Numbered from the stretch's first letter, positions 1 through 10,183 are shown. The stretch is 64,000 nucleotides of DNA from Woeseiaceae bacterium (GCA_013042375.1 JABDQH010000030.1:16800-80799); one strand, 5' to 3'. The notes: generated by a model not told the origin, from the letters alone. Numbers and translations are program-made.

Positions 1-1011
1 ATCGTCGTCAGCGCCCCGCCCAAGATGATGCGCTCGCTTATGCAGATCGTCGACAAGATCGATATCCGCCGGGAACAGGTGCTCGTCGAGGCGATCATCG
101 TCGAAGTTACGCTCGACCAGAAGAACGAACTCGGTACCTCGGTCGCGGTAGCGGACACGACCGGGCAAAACTCACCGCTTGCCGTGACCAATTTTCCGGA
201 CTTCCTGAGCGGCGTGTTGCAGCTCGGGTCTGCGGCAGGCGGGGATGTCGTCAATCCTACGGGGCTGATCGGCGAAGGCGCGACCATCGGCGTCGGGCGC
301 ATTACCGATGACGGCGTCAGTTTTGCGGCTATCCTGCGCGCGATCCAGGGCGACGCCGATACCAACATCATCTCGACACCGTCGGTAGTGACTACCGACA
401 ACGAAGAAGCGACGCTCAACGTCGGCCAGGAAGTGCCGTTCGTCACAGGATCGTTCACCAATACGGGCACCGGCACTGCCGGCGCAGTGAATCCATTCCA
501 GACGATCCAGCGGCAGCAGGTGGGCGTGAAATTGTCGATCACGCCGCAGATCAACGAGGGCGACTCGATGGTCCTCGACATCTCGCAGGAGATCTCGAGC
601 ATCGCGCAGTCGGCAGCGGGCGCGGTCGACCTGATCACGAACCAGCGCATCGTCGAAACAACCGTCATCGTCGACGACGGTGAAATCCTCGTGCTCGGCG
701 GTCTCCTCGAGGACCAGTTGCGCGAGAGCGACCAGCGCGTCCCCTTACTCGGACGCATTCCCCTGCTCGGCAACCTGTTCAGGGCCCGTACGACGGAGAA
801 GGTCAAGACCAACCTGATGATTTTTATCCGACCGACGATCCTGCGCGATGCGGCGAGCGCGGCAATCGAGACCAACCAGAAGTACAACCTGATCCGCGAC
901 CTGCAGATCGGCCGCCAGGGCTCGGGTGTGCAACTCATGCCCGGCGAGGAACGCCCGACGTTGCCGCCTCTCGAGGAGCTGCTCAACGAGGCCGACGAAG
1001 GCGGAATGTAA
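1..1011 (+). CDS. gspD: Type II secretion secretin GspD, C-terminal part (5' end outside window)
   Basis: Frame 1 is open from nt 1. Secretin-domain sequence (QVLVEAIIVEVTL..., LGGLLEDQ..., PLLGRIPLLGNLF, MIFIRPTIL), followed directly by gspE and gspF. Confidence 0.85.
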   Translation: MVVSAPPKMMRSLMQIVDKIDIRREQVLVEAIIVEVTLDQKNELGTSVAVADTTGQNSPLAVTNFPDFLSGVLQLGSAAGGDVVNPTGLIGEGATIGVGRITDDGVSFAAILRAIQGDADTNIISTPSVVTTDNEEATLNVGQEVPFVTGSFTNTGTGTAGAVNPFQTIQRQQVGVKLSITPQINEGDSMVLDISQEISSIAQSAAGAVDLITNQRIVETTVIVDDGEILVLGGLLEDQLRESDQRVPLLGRIPLLGNLFRARTTEKVKTNLMIFIRPTILRDAASAAIETNQKYNLIRDLQIGRQGSGVQLMPGEERPTLPPLEELLNEADEGGM

Positions 1012-1017
1012 GTCACC

Positions 1018-2532
1018 ATGGAAGCCGAAACCGAAATCCTCCTCGAAACCGAAGCTCCGGCAGTCGAGTCGTCCCGGCAAGAGCTGCCGTTCTCGTTTGC
1101 CAAGCGCCACGGCGTCCTGATCCGGGACCTCGACGAATCCGGCGGCACCGCCGTCTACCGCCCGGGCGCATCGCCGCTCAGTCTCGCAGAGGTACGGCGC
1201 TTTGCCGGCGTGCCGCTCAAGTTGTCGCGTGTCACCGTGGAAGTATTCGACACCCTGCTGCAGGAGTACTACGAGCACGACTCAGGCCACGCGGCCTCGA
1301 TGGTCGACGGTCTCGACGAGGACTTCGATCTCTCCCAGGTGGCGCAGGAGTTGCAGGAACCGTCCGACCTGCTCGAGAGCGACGACGACGCGCCAATCAT
1401 CCGCTTCATCAACGCCGTGTTGACCGAGGCGATCAAGGAAAACGCCTCGGACGTGCACATCGAGCCGTACGAGAACCGCCTCGGGGTGCGCTTTCGCGTC
1501 GACGGCGTATTGCGTGAGGTTCTGCAGACGCGTCGCGCGCTCGCGCAGCTGGTTGTGTCGCGCATCAAGGTCATGTCCAAGCTCGACATCGCCGAAAAGC
1601 GACTGCCGCAGGACGGGCGCATCTCCCTGCGCATTGCCGGTCGCGCCGTCGACGTGCGCGTCTCGACGATGCCGTCGGGCCATGGCGAGCGTGTCGTGCT
1701 GCGCCTGCTCGACAAGCAGGCCGGCCGCCTCGATCTCACTTCGCTGGGCATGGATCCGGTCACCGAGAAAATGGTGGACGAACTCATCCACAAGCCGCAC
1801 GGCATCATCCTCGTGACGGGTCCGACGGGATCGGGCAAGACGACGACGCTGTACGCGGCGCTCCAGCGCATCAACGACAACAGCCGCAACATCATGACGG
1901 TCGAAGACCCGATCGAATATTTCATCGACGGGATTGGCCAGACGCAAGTCAACACCAAGGTCGAGATGACCTTCGCACGCGGCCTGCGCGCCATCCTGCG
2001 CCAGGACCCTGACGTCGTCATGGTCGGCGAGATCCGCGACCTCGAGACGGCCGAGATCGCGGTACAGGCGAGCCTGACGGGCCACCTCGTATTGTCGACC
2101 CTGCATACCAACACGGCGGCAGGCGCCGTCACGCGCCTGCGCGACATGGGCGTCGAGCCCTTCCTGCTGTCGTCGAGCCTCCTCGGCGTGCTCGCGCAAC
2201 GCCTCGTGCGCGTGCTCGACGACGATACCAAGGTGCCGTACACGGCAGGCGAGTACGAGTGCAACCTGCTCGAGATCGACCACTCGAACCCACCCACGCT
2301 GTTTCATGCAGGCAACGTTCCGGGCGGCGGCTTCCAGGGCCGCACGGGTATTTATGAGCTCATCACTGTCGACGACGAAATGCGCGAGATGATTCACAGC
2401 GGCGTCAGCGAGCACGAGCTCGCGCGCCATGCGCGCAAGACGACGCCGGGCATCCGCGCAGACGGACGGCGCCAGGTACTTTCCGGACGCACGACGCTCG
2501 AAGAAGTATTGCGCGTCACGCGCGAAGATTAG
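1018..2532 (+). CDS. gspE: Type II secretion ATPase GspE
   Basis: 504 aa. N-terminal [12 protein letters not shown] motif, Walker [11 protein letters not shown], Asp/His boxes typical of GspE/PulE; ATG at 1018. Confidence 0.9.
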   Translation: MEAETEILLETEAPAVESSRQELPFSFAKRHGVLIRDLDESGGTAVYRPGASPLSLAEVRRFAGVPLKLSRVTVEVFDTLLQEYYEHDSGHAASMVDGLDEDFDLSQVAQELQEPSDLLESDDDAPIIRFINAVLTEAIKENASDVHIEPYENRLGVRFRVDGVLREVLQTRRALAQLVVSRIKVMSKLDIAEKRLPQDGRISLRIAGRAVDVRVSTMPSGHGERVVLRLLDKQAGRLDLTSLGMDPVTEKMVDELIHKPHGIILVTGPTGSGKTTTLYAALQRINDNSRNIMTVEDPIEYFIDGIGQTQVNTKVEMTFARGLRAILRQDPDVVMVGEIRDLETAEIAVQASLTGHLVLSTLHTNTAAGAVTRLRDMGVEPFLLSSSLLGVLAQRLVRVLDDDTKVPYTAGEYECNLLEIDHSNPPTLFHAGNVPGGGFQGRTGIYELITVDDEMREMIHSGVSEHELARHARKTTPGIRADGRRQVLSGRTTLEEVLRVTRED

Positions 2533-2553
2533 GCACAGGTACGGGCCAGGAGC

Positions 2554-3768
2554 ATGGGCGCGTTCGAATACACTGCGCTGGACCAATCCGGCAAGCAGTC
2601 GAAGGGCCTGCTCGAGGGCGATACACCGAAGCACGTCCGGCAGATCCTGCGCGACCGCAACCTGTTCCCTGTCAGCGTCAACGAGGTCGCAAAGCAGGAA
2701 GCGCGGCGCCAGCGCGGCTTCACGCTGCGTCGCGGCATGTCGCCGGGCGAGCTGGCGCTGATCACGAGGCAACTCGCCTCGCTGTCGCAATCCGGCCTGC
2801 CGCTCGAGGAAGCCCTGCTCGCGGTCGCCCAGCAGAACGACCTGCCCCGCACCAAGAGCATCCTGCTCGGCGTGCGCGCCAAGGTCATGGAAGGCCACTC
2901 GCTGGCCGACGGCTTCAGGGAGTTTCCGCAGGCGTTTCCCGAGCTCTACCGCGCAACCGTCGCGGCGGGTGAGCAATCAGGCCATCTCGATGTCGTGCTC
3001 GAGCGACTGGCCGATTACACCGAGGCGAGGCAGGAGCTCCGGCAACGCGTCTCGGGCGCTCTCATCTATCCGATCGCGCTCGTTATCTTCTCGGTCCTGA
3101 TCGTCGGCTTCATGCTCATGACCGTGGTGCCGAAGATCGTCACTGTGTTCGAGAGCACGCGCGCGGAATTGCCGGGCCTGACGAAACTGATGATCGGCAC
3201 GAGCGAGTTCCTGCAGTCGTTCTGGCTGCCGTTGATCATCGGCGTTTTTGCCGTCGGTTGGGCAATCCGGTGGGTATTGCAGCGGGAAGGTCCGCGCCGG
3301 CGCTATCACCGCCTGCTGCTGCGCCTGCCGATCATCGCGCGCCTGACGCGCGGCGTGAACACGGCGCGCTTTACGCGCACGCTGAGCATCCTTGCGGGCA
3401 GCGGTGTGCCCATTCTGGAGGCCCTGAAGATCTCGGCCGAAGTCATCGAGAACGTGCCTATGCGCGACGCTGTGCTCGAGGCCTCGCTGCGGGTTCGTGA
3501 GGGCGCGTCGATTGCCAAGTCGCTGGCCGCGAGCAAGCTGTTTCCGCCGATGATGATTCACCTCGTGTCGAGCGGCGAGGCGGGCGGACGGCTCGAGGAT
3601 ATGCTCGCGCGCGCCGCCGCTGGCCAGGAGCGCGAGGTCGACGGCCTCATTGCGGCATTGCTCGGCATCCTGCAACCCCTGCTGATTATCCTCATGGGGG
3701 GCATAGTTCTCACTATCGTACTTGCGATCTTGCTTCCGATCTTCGAAATGAATAATCTCATCCAATGA
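2554..3768 (+). CDS. gspF: Type II secretion inner-membrane platform protein GspF
   Basis: 404 aa with duplicated GspF domain and three hydrophobic segments; conserved N-terminus MGAFEYTALDQSGKQSKG. Confidence 0.9.
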   Translation: MGAFEYTALDQSGKQSKGLLEGDTPKHVRQILRDRNLFPVSVNEVAKQEARRQRGFTLRRGMSPGELALITRQLASLSQSGLPLEEALLAVAQQNDLPRTKSILLGVRAKVMEGHSLADGFREFPQAFPELYRATVAAGEQSGHLDVVLERLADYTEARQELRQRVSGALIYPIALVIFSVLIVGFMLMTVVPKIVTVFESTRAELPGLTKLMIGTSEFLQSFWLPLIIGVFAVGWAIRWVLQREGPRRRYHRLLLRLPIIARLTRGVNTARFTRTLSILAGSGVPILEALKISAEVIENVPMRDAVLEASLRVREGASIAKSLAASKLFPPMMIHLVSSGEAGGRLEDMLARAAAGQEREVDGLIAALLGILQPLLIILMGGIVLTIVLAILLPIFEMNNLIQ

Positions 3769-3804
3769 GCGTACGTGCTTGTCGGTTTGTTGTGAGGCCC
3801 TGCA

Positions 3805-4086
3805 ATGATCGGTAATAACGGCGAAAACGAAGACACGGAATTCGACGAAGCTGTCGAACAGGAAGAAGTGCTTGACGAGGACGCGATGCCGGATATCGGC
3901 GTCGAGACCATCGTCGATCTGACCGGTGAACTCAAGGTCGACAAGCTCGTTGCGAAAGTCGAGAAGTCAGACCCCGACGAGGCGGCGCACAAACGCGAGA
4001 TTCGCAAGCGCCTCGAGGAGCTCGAGGAACAGCGCAACGCCAAGCTCGACGATACCTTCAATATCAAGATTGAAGACGAGTTTTAA
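3805..4086 (+). CDS. Small highly acidic hypothetical protein (93 aa)
   Basis: GAGG Shine-Dalgarno 7 nt upstream of the ATG and GC3-biased codons. Asp/Glu-rich with a predicted helical KREIRKRLEELEEQR segment. No family recognised. 3' end overlaps the dnaE2 stop by 4 nt. Confidence 0.45.
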   Translation: MIGNNGENEDTEFDEAVEQEEVLDEDAMPDIGVETIVDLTGELKVDKLVAKVEKSDPDEAAHKREIRKRLEELEEQRNAKLDDTFNIKIEDEF

Positions 4087-7000
4087 CGAAAGTCGCGCGA
4101 TACGACGCTGAGGTCGCCGAGCAACGCCGAATGATCGATCAGGCGGCGGGCGATCACGTGTATTACCTGCCCTTGTATCTGTAATTCCCCGGCCACACCG
4201 AGCAAGCGCGCATTCAGCAGCTCCGCGCGGTATTGCTCAGCCACCTGTTTCCACAGCACGAGATTGACCTGTCCGGTCTCGTCCTCGAGCGTCACGAAGG
4301 TCACTCCACTGGCCGTACCGGGCCGTTGTTTCGTGATCACGAGTCCCGCGACATTGACCTTGCGGCCATCGCCGATGGCGGCAAGATCGGCGGCCCGCGC
4401 GTACTGGTAGCGATCGAGATGACGGCGCAACAGGCAGAGCGGATGCCGCTCCAGCGTCAGCCCGGTGCTGCGATAGTCCGCCACGATATCCTGCCCTTCA
4501 GTTGGCGTCCTCAAGAGCGGTGCCGGCTCGTAGCGAGCCATGCTCGGAAACAGCGGCATCGGTTTCTCGGCACCGGCCACGGCCCAGCGCGCGCGATGCC
4601 GGTCACCCGCGATCGATCGCAGGGCGCCTGCCGACGCCAGTGCGCCGAGCTCGTGCCGGTTCAGGTCGGCCCACTCACACAGTTGCTGGGCGCCGTCGCC
4701 GATGCCCTCCGCACGTGCGGCGACGATGCGCTCACCGGCCTCCTCGGACAGACCCTTGACCATGCGCAGCCCGAGGCGCAGCGCGGCTGCGCCGTTCTCG
4801 TCAGCCTCGAGCGAGCAGTCCCAGGCGCTGCAGGCGACATCGACAGGACGGATCGTCACGCCGTGACGCTGTGCGTCCTGTACAAGCTGTGATGGCGAAT
4901 AGAAGCCCATCGGCTGGCTGTTGAGCAGCGCACAGGTGAAGGCGGCAGGCTCGTGGCACTTGAGCCACGCCGAGACATACACGAGCAGCGCGAAACTCGC
5001 CGAATGCGACTCGGGGAAGCCATACTCGCCGAACCCCAGGATCTGCTGGAAGATCTGCCGCGCGAAGGTCTCGTCGTAACCGCGCCTGCGCATGCCATCG
5101 ACGAGTTTTTCCTCGAAAGGCCCGAGACCGCCACGCCGTTTCCAGGCCGCCATCGCGCGGCGCAGGCTGTCCGCCTCGCCCGGTGTGAAGCCCGCGGCGA
5201 CGACAGCCAGCTGCATGACCTGCTCCTGGAAAATCGGCACACCGAGCGTGCGCTGCAGTACGCCCTGCACTTCCGCGCTCGGGTAGTCGACGGCCTCTTC
5301 CCCGTTTCGTCGCCTGAGATAGGGATGCACCATGTCGCCCTGAATCGGACCGGGACGAATGATCGCGACTTCGATGACGAGGTCGTAATAGCAGCGCGGT
5401 CGCAGGCGCGGCAGCATCGCCATCTGTGCGCGTGACTCGATCTGGAAGACACCGACCGTGTCGCCGTCGCAAATCATGTCGTACACGCGCGGGTCTTCGG
5501 CCGGTACCGTCGCGAGCGTGAACTCGCGGCCGTCGAAGTCGCGGACCAGGCCGAAGGCACGGCGTATTGCCGTCAGCATGCCGAGGCCGAGGACGTCGAC
5601 CTTGAGCAGACCCAGCTCTTCGAGGTCGTCCTTCTCCCACTGGATGACCGTTCGATCCGGCATTGCGGCATTCTCGACGGGCACGAGTTCGTAGAGCGGC
5701 GCATCGCAGATAACGAATCCGCCGACATGCTGTGACAGGTGCCGCGGAAAACCGATCAGCTCGCGCACGAGATACAGGAGTCGTTTCACGACCGGGCTGT
5801 CCGGGGCGAGGCCGGCTTCGAGAATCCGGCTGTCGTCGACTTTGTGGCCGTCCCACCACTGCATCGATCGTGACAGGCGACCGACCTGCAGCTCGGACAG
5901 CCCCAGGACCTTGCCGACATCGCGCAGCGCGCTGCGCGGACGGTAACAAATGACGGTCGCGGCCAGTGCTGCCCGTTCACGCCCGTATTTGCCGTAGATG
6001 TACTGGATGACTTCCTCGCGACGTTCGTGCTCGAAGTCGACGTCGATGTCGGGCGGCTCGTTGCGTTCCTTCGAGATAAAACGTTCGACGAGCATTTCCA
6101 TGCGGGCCGGGTCGACCTCCGTGATGCCGAGGCAGAAGCATACGGCCGAGTTCGCGGCCGAGCCGCGTCCCTGGCAGAGGATGCCCTCGGAACGCGCGAA
6201 CGAGACGATGTCGTACACGGTCAGGAAGTATGGCTCGTACTCGAGCTCCGCGATCAGAGCGAGCTCATGCTCGACGAGGCGGACCACTTTTTCCGCAACG
6301 CCCCGCGGCCAGCGCCGCTGCATGCCCTCCTCGGTCAGCCTGCGCAGGTAGGTCACCGGTGTCTCGTTGTCCGGTACGATCTCGTCGGGGTAGCGGTAGC
6401 GCAACTCGTCGAGCGAGAAGTCGATAGCGGCGGCGATACGCAGGCTTTCCTCGAGCAGCTCCGCGGGGTAGATGCGTTCGAGTACATCGAGTGGCCTGAG
6501 GTGCCGTTCGCCGTTCGGGTACAGGGCGAAGCCCGCATTGTCGACGGTCGTGCCGAGGCGAATCGCCGTGACCGCATCCTGCAGCACGCGCCGTGCACGG
6601 CAGTGCATGTGCACGTCGCCCGCGGCGACGAGCGGCAGCCTGAGGCGACGACCCTCCTCGCGCAGTTTCGCGAGTTGTTCGCGCTGCCGCCCGTCGGCCA
6701 GCAACTCGACGGCAATCCACAAGCGGTCGCGAAAGGTCTCGCGCAGCCAGTGATCCTCGACATCGAGCCTGCAGTCATGATCCGGCACCCATAGCACCAG
6801 ACAATCGGGCAGTCCGTCTTCGAAGTCCTGCCGGGCCAGCGTGTATTGCCCTTTCCCGGCGGCACGGCGTGCGTCCGTGACCAGGCGGCACAACGCGGTA
6901 TAGCCTTTGCGGCTCTGCGCGAGTACGACGAGCTTGCGGCCGCTCTGCAACCTGAGTTCCGAGCCGATAATGAGTTTCTTCAACCCGTACTCTTTTGCGG

Positions 7001-7163
7001 CCGCATGCGCGCGCACGATACCCGACATCGAGCACTCGTCCGTAATCGCGAGCGCCTCGTAGCCGAGTGCGGCGGCGGTCTCGACGAGTTCCTCGGGATG
7101 CGAGGCACCGCGCAGGAACGTGAAGTTACTGAGCGCGTGCAGCTCGGCGTAACGCGCGTGCAT
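4083..7163 (-). CDS. dnaE2: Error-prone DNA polymerase III alpha-like subunit DnaE2 (ImuC)
   Basis: PHP and Pol III alpha core motifs. N-terminus MHARYAELHALSNFTFLRGASHPEELV is typical of DnaE2. Start trimmed to the ATG at 7163, 5 nt after the imuB stop. Last gene of the imuA-imuB-dnaE2 cassette. Confidence 0.9.
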   Translation of the reverse strand: MHARYAELHALSNFTFLRGASHPEELVETAAALGYEALAITDECSMSGIVRAHAAAKEYGLKKLIIGSELRLQSGRKLVVLAQSRKGYTALCRLVTDARRAAGKGQYTLARQDFEDGLPDCLVLWVPDHDCRLDVEDHWLRETFRDRLWIAVELLADGRQREQLAKLREEGRRLRLPLVAAGDVHMHCRARRVLQDAVTAIRLGTTVDNAGFALYPNGERHLRPLDVLERIYPAELLEESLRIAAAIDFSLDELRYRYPDEIVPDNETPVTYLRRLTEEGMQRRWPRGVAEKVVRLVEHELALIAELEYEPYFLTVYDIVSFARSEGILCQGRGSAANSAVCFCLGITEVDPARMEMLVERFISKERNEPPDIDVDFEHERREEVIQYIYGKYGRERAALAATVICYRPRSALRDVGKVLGLSELQVGRLSRSMQWWDGHKVDDSRILEAGLAPDSPVVKRLLYLVRELIGFPRHLSQHVGGFVICDAPLYELVPVENAAMPDRTVIQWEKDDLEELGLLKVDVLGLGMLTAIRRAFGLVRDFDGREFTLATVPAEDPRVYDMICDGDTVGVFQIESRAQMAMLPRLRPRCYYDLVIEVAIIRPGPIQGDMVHPYLRRRNGEEAVDYPSAEVQGVLQRTLGVPIFQEQVMQLAVVAAGFTPGEADSLRRAMAAWKRRGGLGPFEEKLVDGMRRRGYDETFARQIFQQILGFGEYGFPESHSASFALLVYVSAWLKCHEPAAFTCALLNSQPMGFYSPSQLVQDAQRHGVTIRPVDVACSAWDCSLEADENGAAALRLGLRMVKGLSEEAGERIVAARAEGIGDGAQQLCEWADLNRHELGALASAGALRSIAGDRHRARWAVAGAEKPMPLFPSMARYEPAPLLRTPTEGQDIVADYRSTGLTLERHPLCLLRRHLDRYQYARAADLAAIGDGRKVNVAGLVITKQRPGTASGVTFVTLEDETGQVNLVLWKQVAEQYRAELLNARLLGVAGELQIQGQVIHVIARRLIDHSALLGDLSVVSRDFR

Positions 7164-7168
7164 GGCCG

Positions 7169-8773
7169 CTACCCGAAATAGCCATGCAGGTACCAGGACG
7201 ATGCGCGGCGGCGATTGCGAAACACCCACAGGCGCCGGCCATCGCGATTCCGTGCCGTGTAGTAATCGCGCACGATGCCGTCTTCATCCCACCAGCCCGT
7301 CTCGAGGCGTTCGGGGCCGTCGAGGAGCTGCAGGCGGCGGCCCTGGTGAACCGGATGCCCGTCGTGCATCGTCAGCGGTGCGGGCTCGGGCAGCATCCAC
7401 AGGGGGCGCTGCAGGTACGGCGGGGCCTCGTCCCGTGTACTGCTCGACCAGTCGGCCAATACGCTGTGTGAACGCCACGCATACTGCGGCCGGTGCTCGG
7501 CGACCATACTCGTCGACTGTACGGACTGGTCGCCGATGCGGGCGACCAGGCGCTCGGCGAGCTGCGTGATCGAAAAACGCTGCGGCATCGCCCCGGGCCT
7601 GCCGTGGAAAATCAGTTCGCCCGATCCGGCCTGCAGGGGCTGCGCCATTCCGCCCTGCAGGCGTACGGCGATAACGGGTCCCGGCAGCGCCAGCTTGTCG
7701 AAACGAATACCGAGCAACTCGAACCAGCGTCCGGCCGAGCGCTGCGGACGTGCACAGCCGAGGCGTAACTCGGTCGCCGGTCCGTCGAGATGGAAAAAGA
7801 CGAAACAAAGGCGCTGCGCGCCGAGTTGCCGGGCCAGCAGGAAGCGCTCGTGGGCCTGCAACAATTCCTGGCAGATATTGAGCAGCAGCTCACGATCGGA
7901 CTGCTCCTCGGTCATCTCGTAGTCGGCACCGAAACACTCCGGTGCGCGCCAGGCATTGCGCGGATCCGGCAGGTGCCCGAGCGCGCGATCGAGATCGAGC
8001 AGGCAGCGGGCACCGAAGCGGCGCGTGAAGCCCTCGCGCGGCAGGCGCAGGCAATCGCCGACCGTCGCCACCCCCATGCCCGCGAGGGCACTGCACACGC
8101 CCGGCGGCCAGCCGAGGCATGCGAGCGGCAACCGGCGGATCGCCGGCGCAAGATTCGAGATATCGCGTATGCAGGCGCGGCGCCCGGAACGCGCCAGCCA
8201 GGTCGCGGCAAGCGGGGTCGGCGCGATGGCCGGCGAAACCGTGAAACCGAGCCCGCTCAAGTCCCGCACGATGTTCTGCCGTAATTCGCGCAGGCCGCCG
8301 AACAGGCGCAGGCTGCCGGCGATTTCCAGCAACAGGACATCGTGACCCGTGATCGCAACGAACGAAGAAAAGCGCTCCAGCCAGCTTGCGAGGCCCTCGA
8401 GCGCCTGCTGTTCGTGCAACGGGCTGCGCTCTTCGAATTGCAGGTCCGGCAACAGGGCCCTTGCGGCATTTGCCGCCTGCCCCGGCATGACGCCGGCTGC
8501 GGTCGCGGCCGCATCCGCCAGCAGTATGCGATGCACGCCATGTTGTTCCTCGACGACAGCGGCAGGGGTCACTCCCCCCTGCACCGCCTCGAGTGGCAGC
8601 TTCGGCAGCCAGGCACAGAACCACAGCCGCTCCGCCGACACGGCCACGGGTGCCGGCCCTGTGGATAACCGGGTACGGTCGGCCGTCTCGAGCGGCAGGT
8701 CCTGCTGTACGGCAGCGGGAGTCGGGGCAGCGTCCCGCCCGAGAGCAGGTGGTCTGCAGGCCCGTCGTTTCAT
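7169..8773 (-). CDS. imuB: Y-family polymerase-like protein ImuB
   Basis: LWFCAWLPKLPLEAV N-terminal signature and position between imuA and dnaE2. ATG at 8773 overlaps the imuA stop (TGATG). In-frame GTG codons at 8647/8641 are alternative starts. Confidence 0.8.
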   Translation of the reverse strand: MKRRACRPPALGRDAAPTPAAVQQDLPLETADRTRLSTGPAPVAVSAERLWFCAWLPKLPLEAVQGGVTPAAVVEEQHGVHRILLADAAATAAGVMPGQAANAARALLPDLQFEERSPLHEQQALEGLASWLERFSSFVAITGHDVLLLEIAGSLRLFGGLRELRQNIVRDLSGLGFTVSPAIAPTPLAATWLARSGRRACIRDISNLAPAIRRLPLACLGWPPGVCSALAGMGVATVGDCLRLPREGFTRRFGARCLLDLDRALGHLPDPRNAWRAPECFGADYEMTEEQSDRELLLNICQELLQAHERFLLARQLGAQRLCFVFFHLDGPATELRLGCARPQRSAGRWFELLGIRFDKLALPGPVIAVRLQGGMAQPLQAGSGELIFHGRPGAMPQRFSITQLAERLVARIGDQSVQSTSMVAEHRPQYAWRSHSVLADWSSSTRDEAPPYLQRPLWMLPEPAPLTMHDGHPVHQGRRLQLLDGPERLETGWWDEDGIVRDYYTARNRDGRRLWVFRNRRRASSWYLHGYFG

Positions 8774-9405
8774 CAGAGGAGCTTGTCGATAACGGCCGGG
8801 CGGCCGCCGCGGCTTTTCAGGATATGCACGCGCGTACCCTCTGCGTTCGTCTGCAGTTCGAGGCGCAGTGCCGCAGCCGAGGGCTGTCGCCTTGCGGACG
8901 GTGGACGAAACGCAATCGCCCAGCTGCGGCCCTTCTCGGCCGCCAGCTGCAACCGGCGACCGGCCTGATCGTCGAGGGCTTCGGGCCACAGCAGTACGGC
9001 GGCACAGGTACCCGAGGTCAAGGCCTGCTCGGCCGACCACAGAACTTCGTCGGCGCCTTCAGGACGCACGATCAGCATGCGCGACAAATCGAGACCACAT
9101 TGCTGCAGGGCCGGCGGATATGGTTGAAACGGCGGTGCAATCCAGGCAATCCAGCCCGGCTCGGCGAAGTCGTGCTGCGGCGCCGTGGTGCTGAGGCGCG
9201 CCAGGGCGGGCATCAGCAGACGCAATTCGCCGATGCCGTAGTGGCCGGTGAGGATTTCCGTCAGCGCATCAGGCGGCCAGCCGCCGCCCGGCAGGTGCCG
9301 GTCGAGCTCGGAATAACCGCTCGCCAGCCCCGCCCTGCATCCGGCCTGGTCGCGCCCGCGCCAGACGCGCGGGTTCGCCAGCAGCTTGTCGAGCGATGCG
9401 GACAA
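8773..9405 (-). CDS. imuA: ImuA (SulA/RecA-like inducible mutagenesis protein)
   Basis: 210 aa; motif GYSELDRHLPGGGWPPDALTEIL...GIGELRLLMPALARL is typical of ImuA. First codon is TTG, 3 nt after the lexA stop, so the start is uncertain. Confidence 0.75.
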   Translation of the reverse strand: MSASLDKLLANPRVWRGRDQAGCRAGLASGYSELDRHLPGGGWPPDALTEILTGHYGIGELRLLMPALARLSTTAPQHDFAEPGWIAWIAPPFQPYPPALQQCGLDLSRMLIVRPEGADEVLWSAEQALTSGTCAAVLLWPEALDDQAGRRLQLAAEKGRSWAIAFRPPSARRQPSAAALRLELQTNAEGTRVHILKSRGGRPAVIDKLL

Positions 9406-9408
9406 TGC

Positions 9409-10026
9409 TCAATGCAATGGCAGACCGTCGCGAATGACGCCGACGACGACGCCCTCGATGACCAGTGCCTGTTTCTTGAGATCGACTTCGATGGGTTCGA
9501 ACTCGTCGTTTTCGGGCAACAGCGATACCAGCGAACCTGTCTGACGATAGCGTTTGACCGTGACTTCATCATCGAGGCGCGCCACGATGATCTGCCGGTT
9601 ACGCACTTCGGGCGTACGATGCACGGCGACAAGATCGCCGTCGAGAATGCCCACGTCTTTCATACTCATGCCGTGCACGCGTAACAGGTAATGCGGTTTC
9701 GGGCTGAAGAGTTGCGGATCGAGCTTGTAATGCGCCTCGATATGCTCCTGCGCAAGGATCGGGCTGCCCGCCGCAACCCGGCCAACGAGCGGCAACCCCA
9801 TCTGATCGCGCAGGGAATCCTTGAGCTGGATGCCGCGCGACGCGCCCGGCAGCAGATCCAGGACACCCTTTCGTTGCAGGGCCCTCAGGTGCTCTTCTGC
9901 CGCGTTGGCCGACCGGAAGCCGAGTTGCCGGGCGATCTCGGCACGGGTCGGCGGCATGCCGGTTTCGGCAATAAAGTCTTGAATCATCTCGAGAATTTCT
10001 TTTTGCCTGGGGGTCAGTTCGCGCAT
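9409..10026 (-). CDS. lexA: LexA repressor
   Basis: 205 aa from ATG 10026 ([19 protein letters not shown]...). Winged-helix N-domain, Ala-Gly cleavage site (VAAGSP), and S24 peptidase Ser (GMSM) and Lys (VKR). The ORF-track upstream extension is an artefact. Confidence 0.92.
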   Translation of the reverse strand: MRELTPRQKEILEMIQDFIAETGMPPTRAEIARQLGFRSANAAEEHLRALQRKGVLDLLPGASRGIQLKDSLRDQMGLPLVGRVAAGSPILAQEHIEAHYKLDPQLFSPKPHYLLRVHGMSMKDVGILDGDLVAVHRTPEVRNRQIIVARLDDEVTVKRYRQTGSLVSLLPENDEFEPIEVDLKKQALVIEGVVVGVIRDGLPLH

Positions 10027-10036
10027 CTGAGCTTTC

Positions 10037-10052
10037 CTGTACAGAATTACAG
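10037..10052. promoter_or_regulatory. LexA (SOS) box CTGT-N8-ACAG
   Basis: Sequence CTGTACAGAATTACAG is a perfect gammaproteobacterial CTGT-N8-ACAG palindrome, 10 nt upstream of the lexA ATG. Confidence 0.8.
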
Positions 10053-10073
10053 TACATGGGATTATATACAGTA
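10053..10073 (-). promoter_or_regulatory. lexA promoter -10 (TATAAT) overlapping a half-degenerate second SOS box
   Basis: Minus strand reads TACTGTATATAATCCCATGTA. The left half TACTGTATAT is perfect and the right half is degenerate. A perfect TATAAT sits at 10061-10066 (minus). Confidence 0.5.
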
Positions 10074-10183
10074 ATATGTCCGGCGCAAGCCGTTTCCCGG
10101 TGAAAACCTTGACGAAAGTACTGGCACCCGCCCGGCCCCTCACGTTTACTTGGCACGCTCTTCTTACCCGACGAGAAATACCG

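Noticed and set aside
1282-2976. 564-aa antisense ORF opposite gspE/gspF, and similar long antisense or out-of-frame ORFs (for example 4801-5949, 28955-29857, 32398-33705, 44821-46599, 54069-55250, 54571-55776, 58981-60483, 62341-63426).
   Set aside because: These are typical high-GC stop-codon-poor shadow ORFs. Their translations are Arg/Ala/Gly-rich without motifs, and each fully overlaps a well-supported conserved gene on the other strand or frame.
10119-10130. 12-mer ACTGGCACCCGC shared between 10119-10130 and the inverted-repeat arm at 14472-14483.
   Set aside because: Many exact 12-mer coincidences are expected by chance among all position pairs in a 64-kb window, and there is no extended similarity around it.
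10122-10156. Two TGGCAC motifs upstream of the secreted-protein gene, suggestive of sigma-54 promoters.
   Set aside because: Neither has a proper -12 TTGC element at N5 spacing (CGGC and TCTT instead). No enhancer-binding protein gene is nearby.
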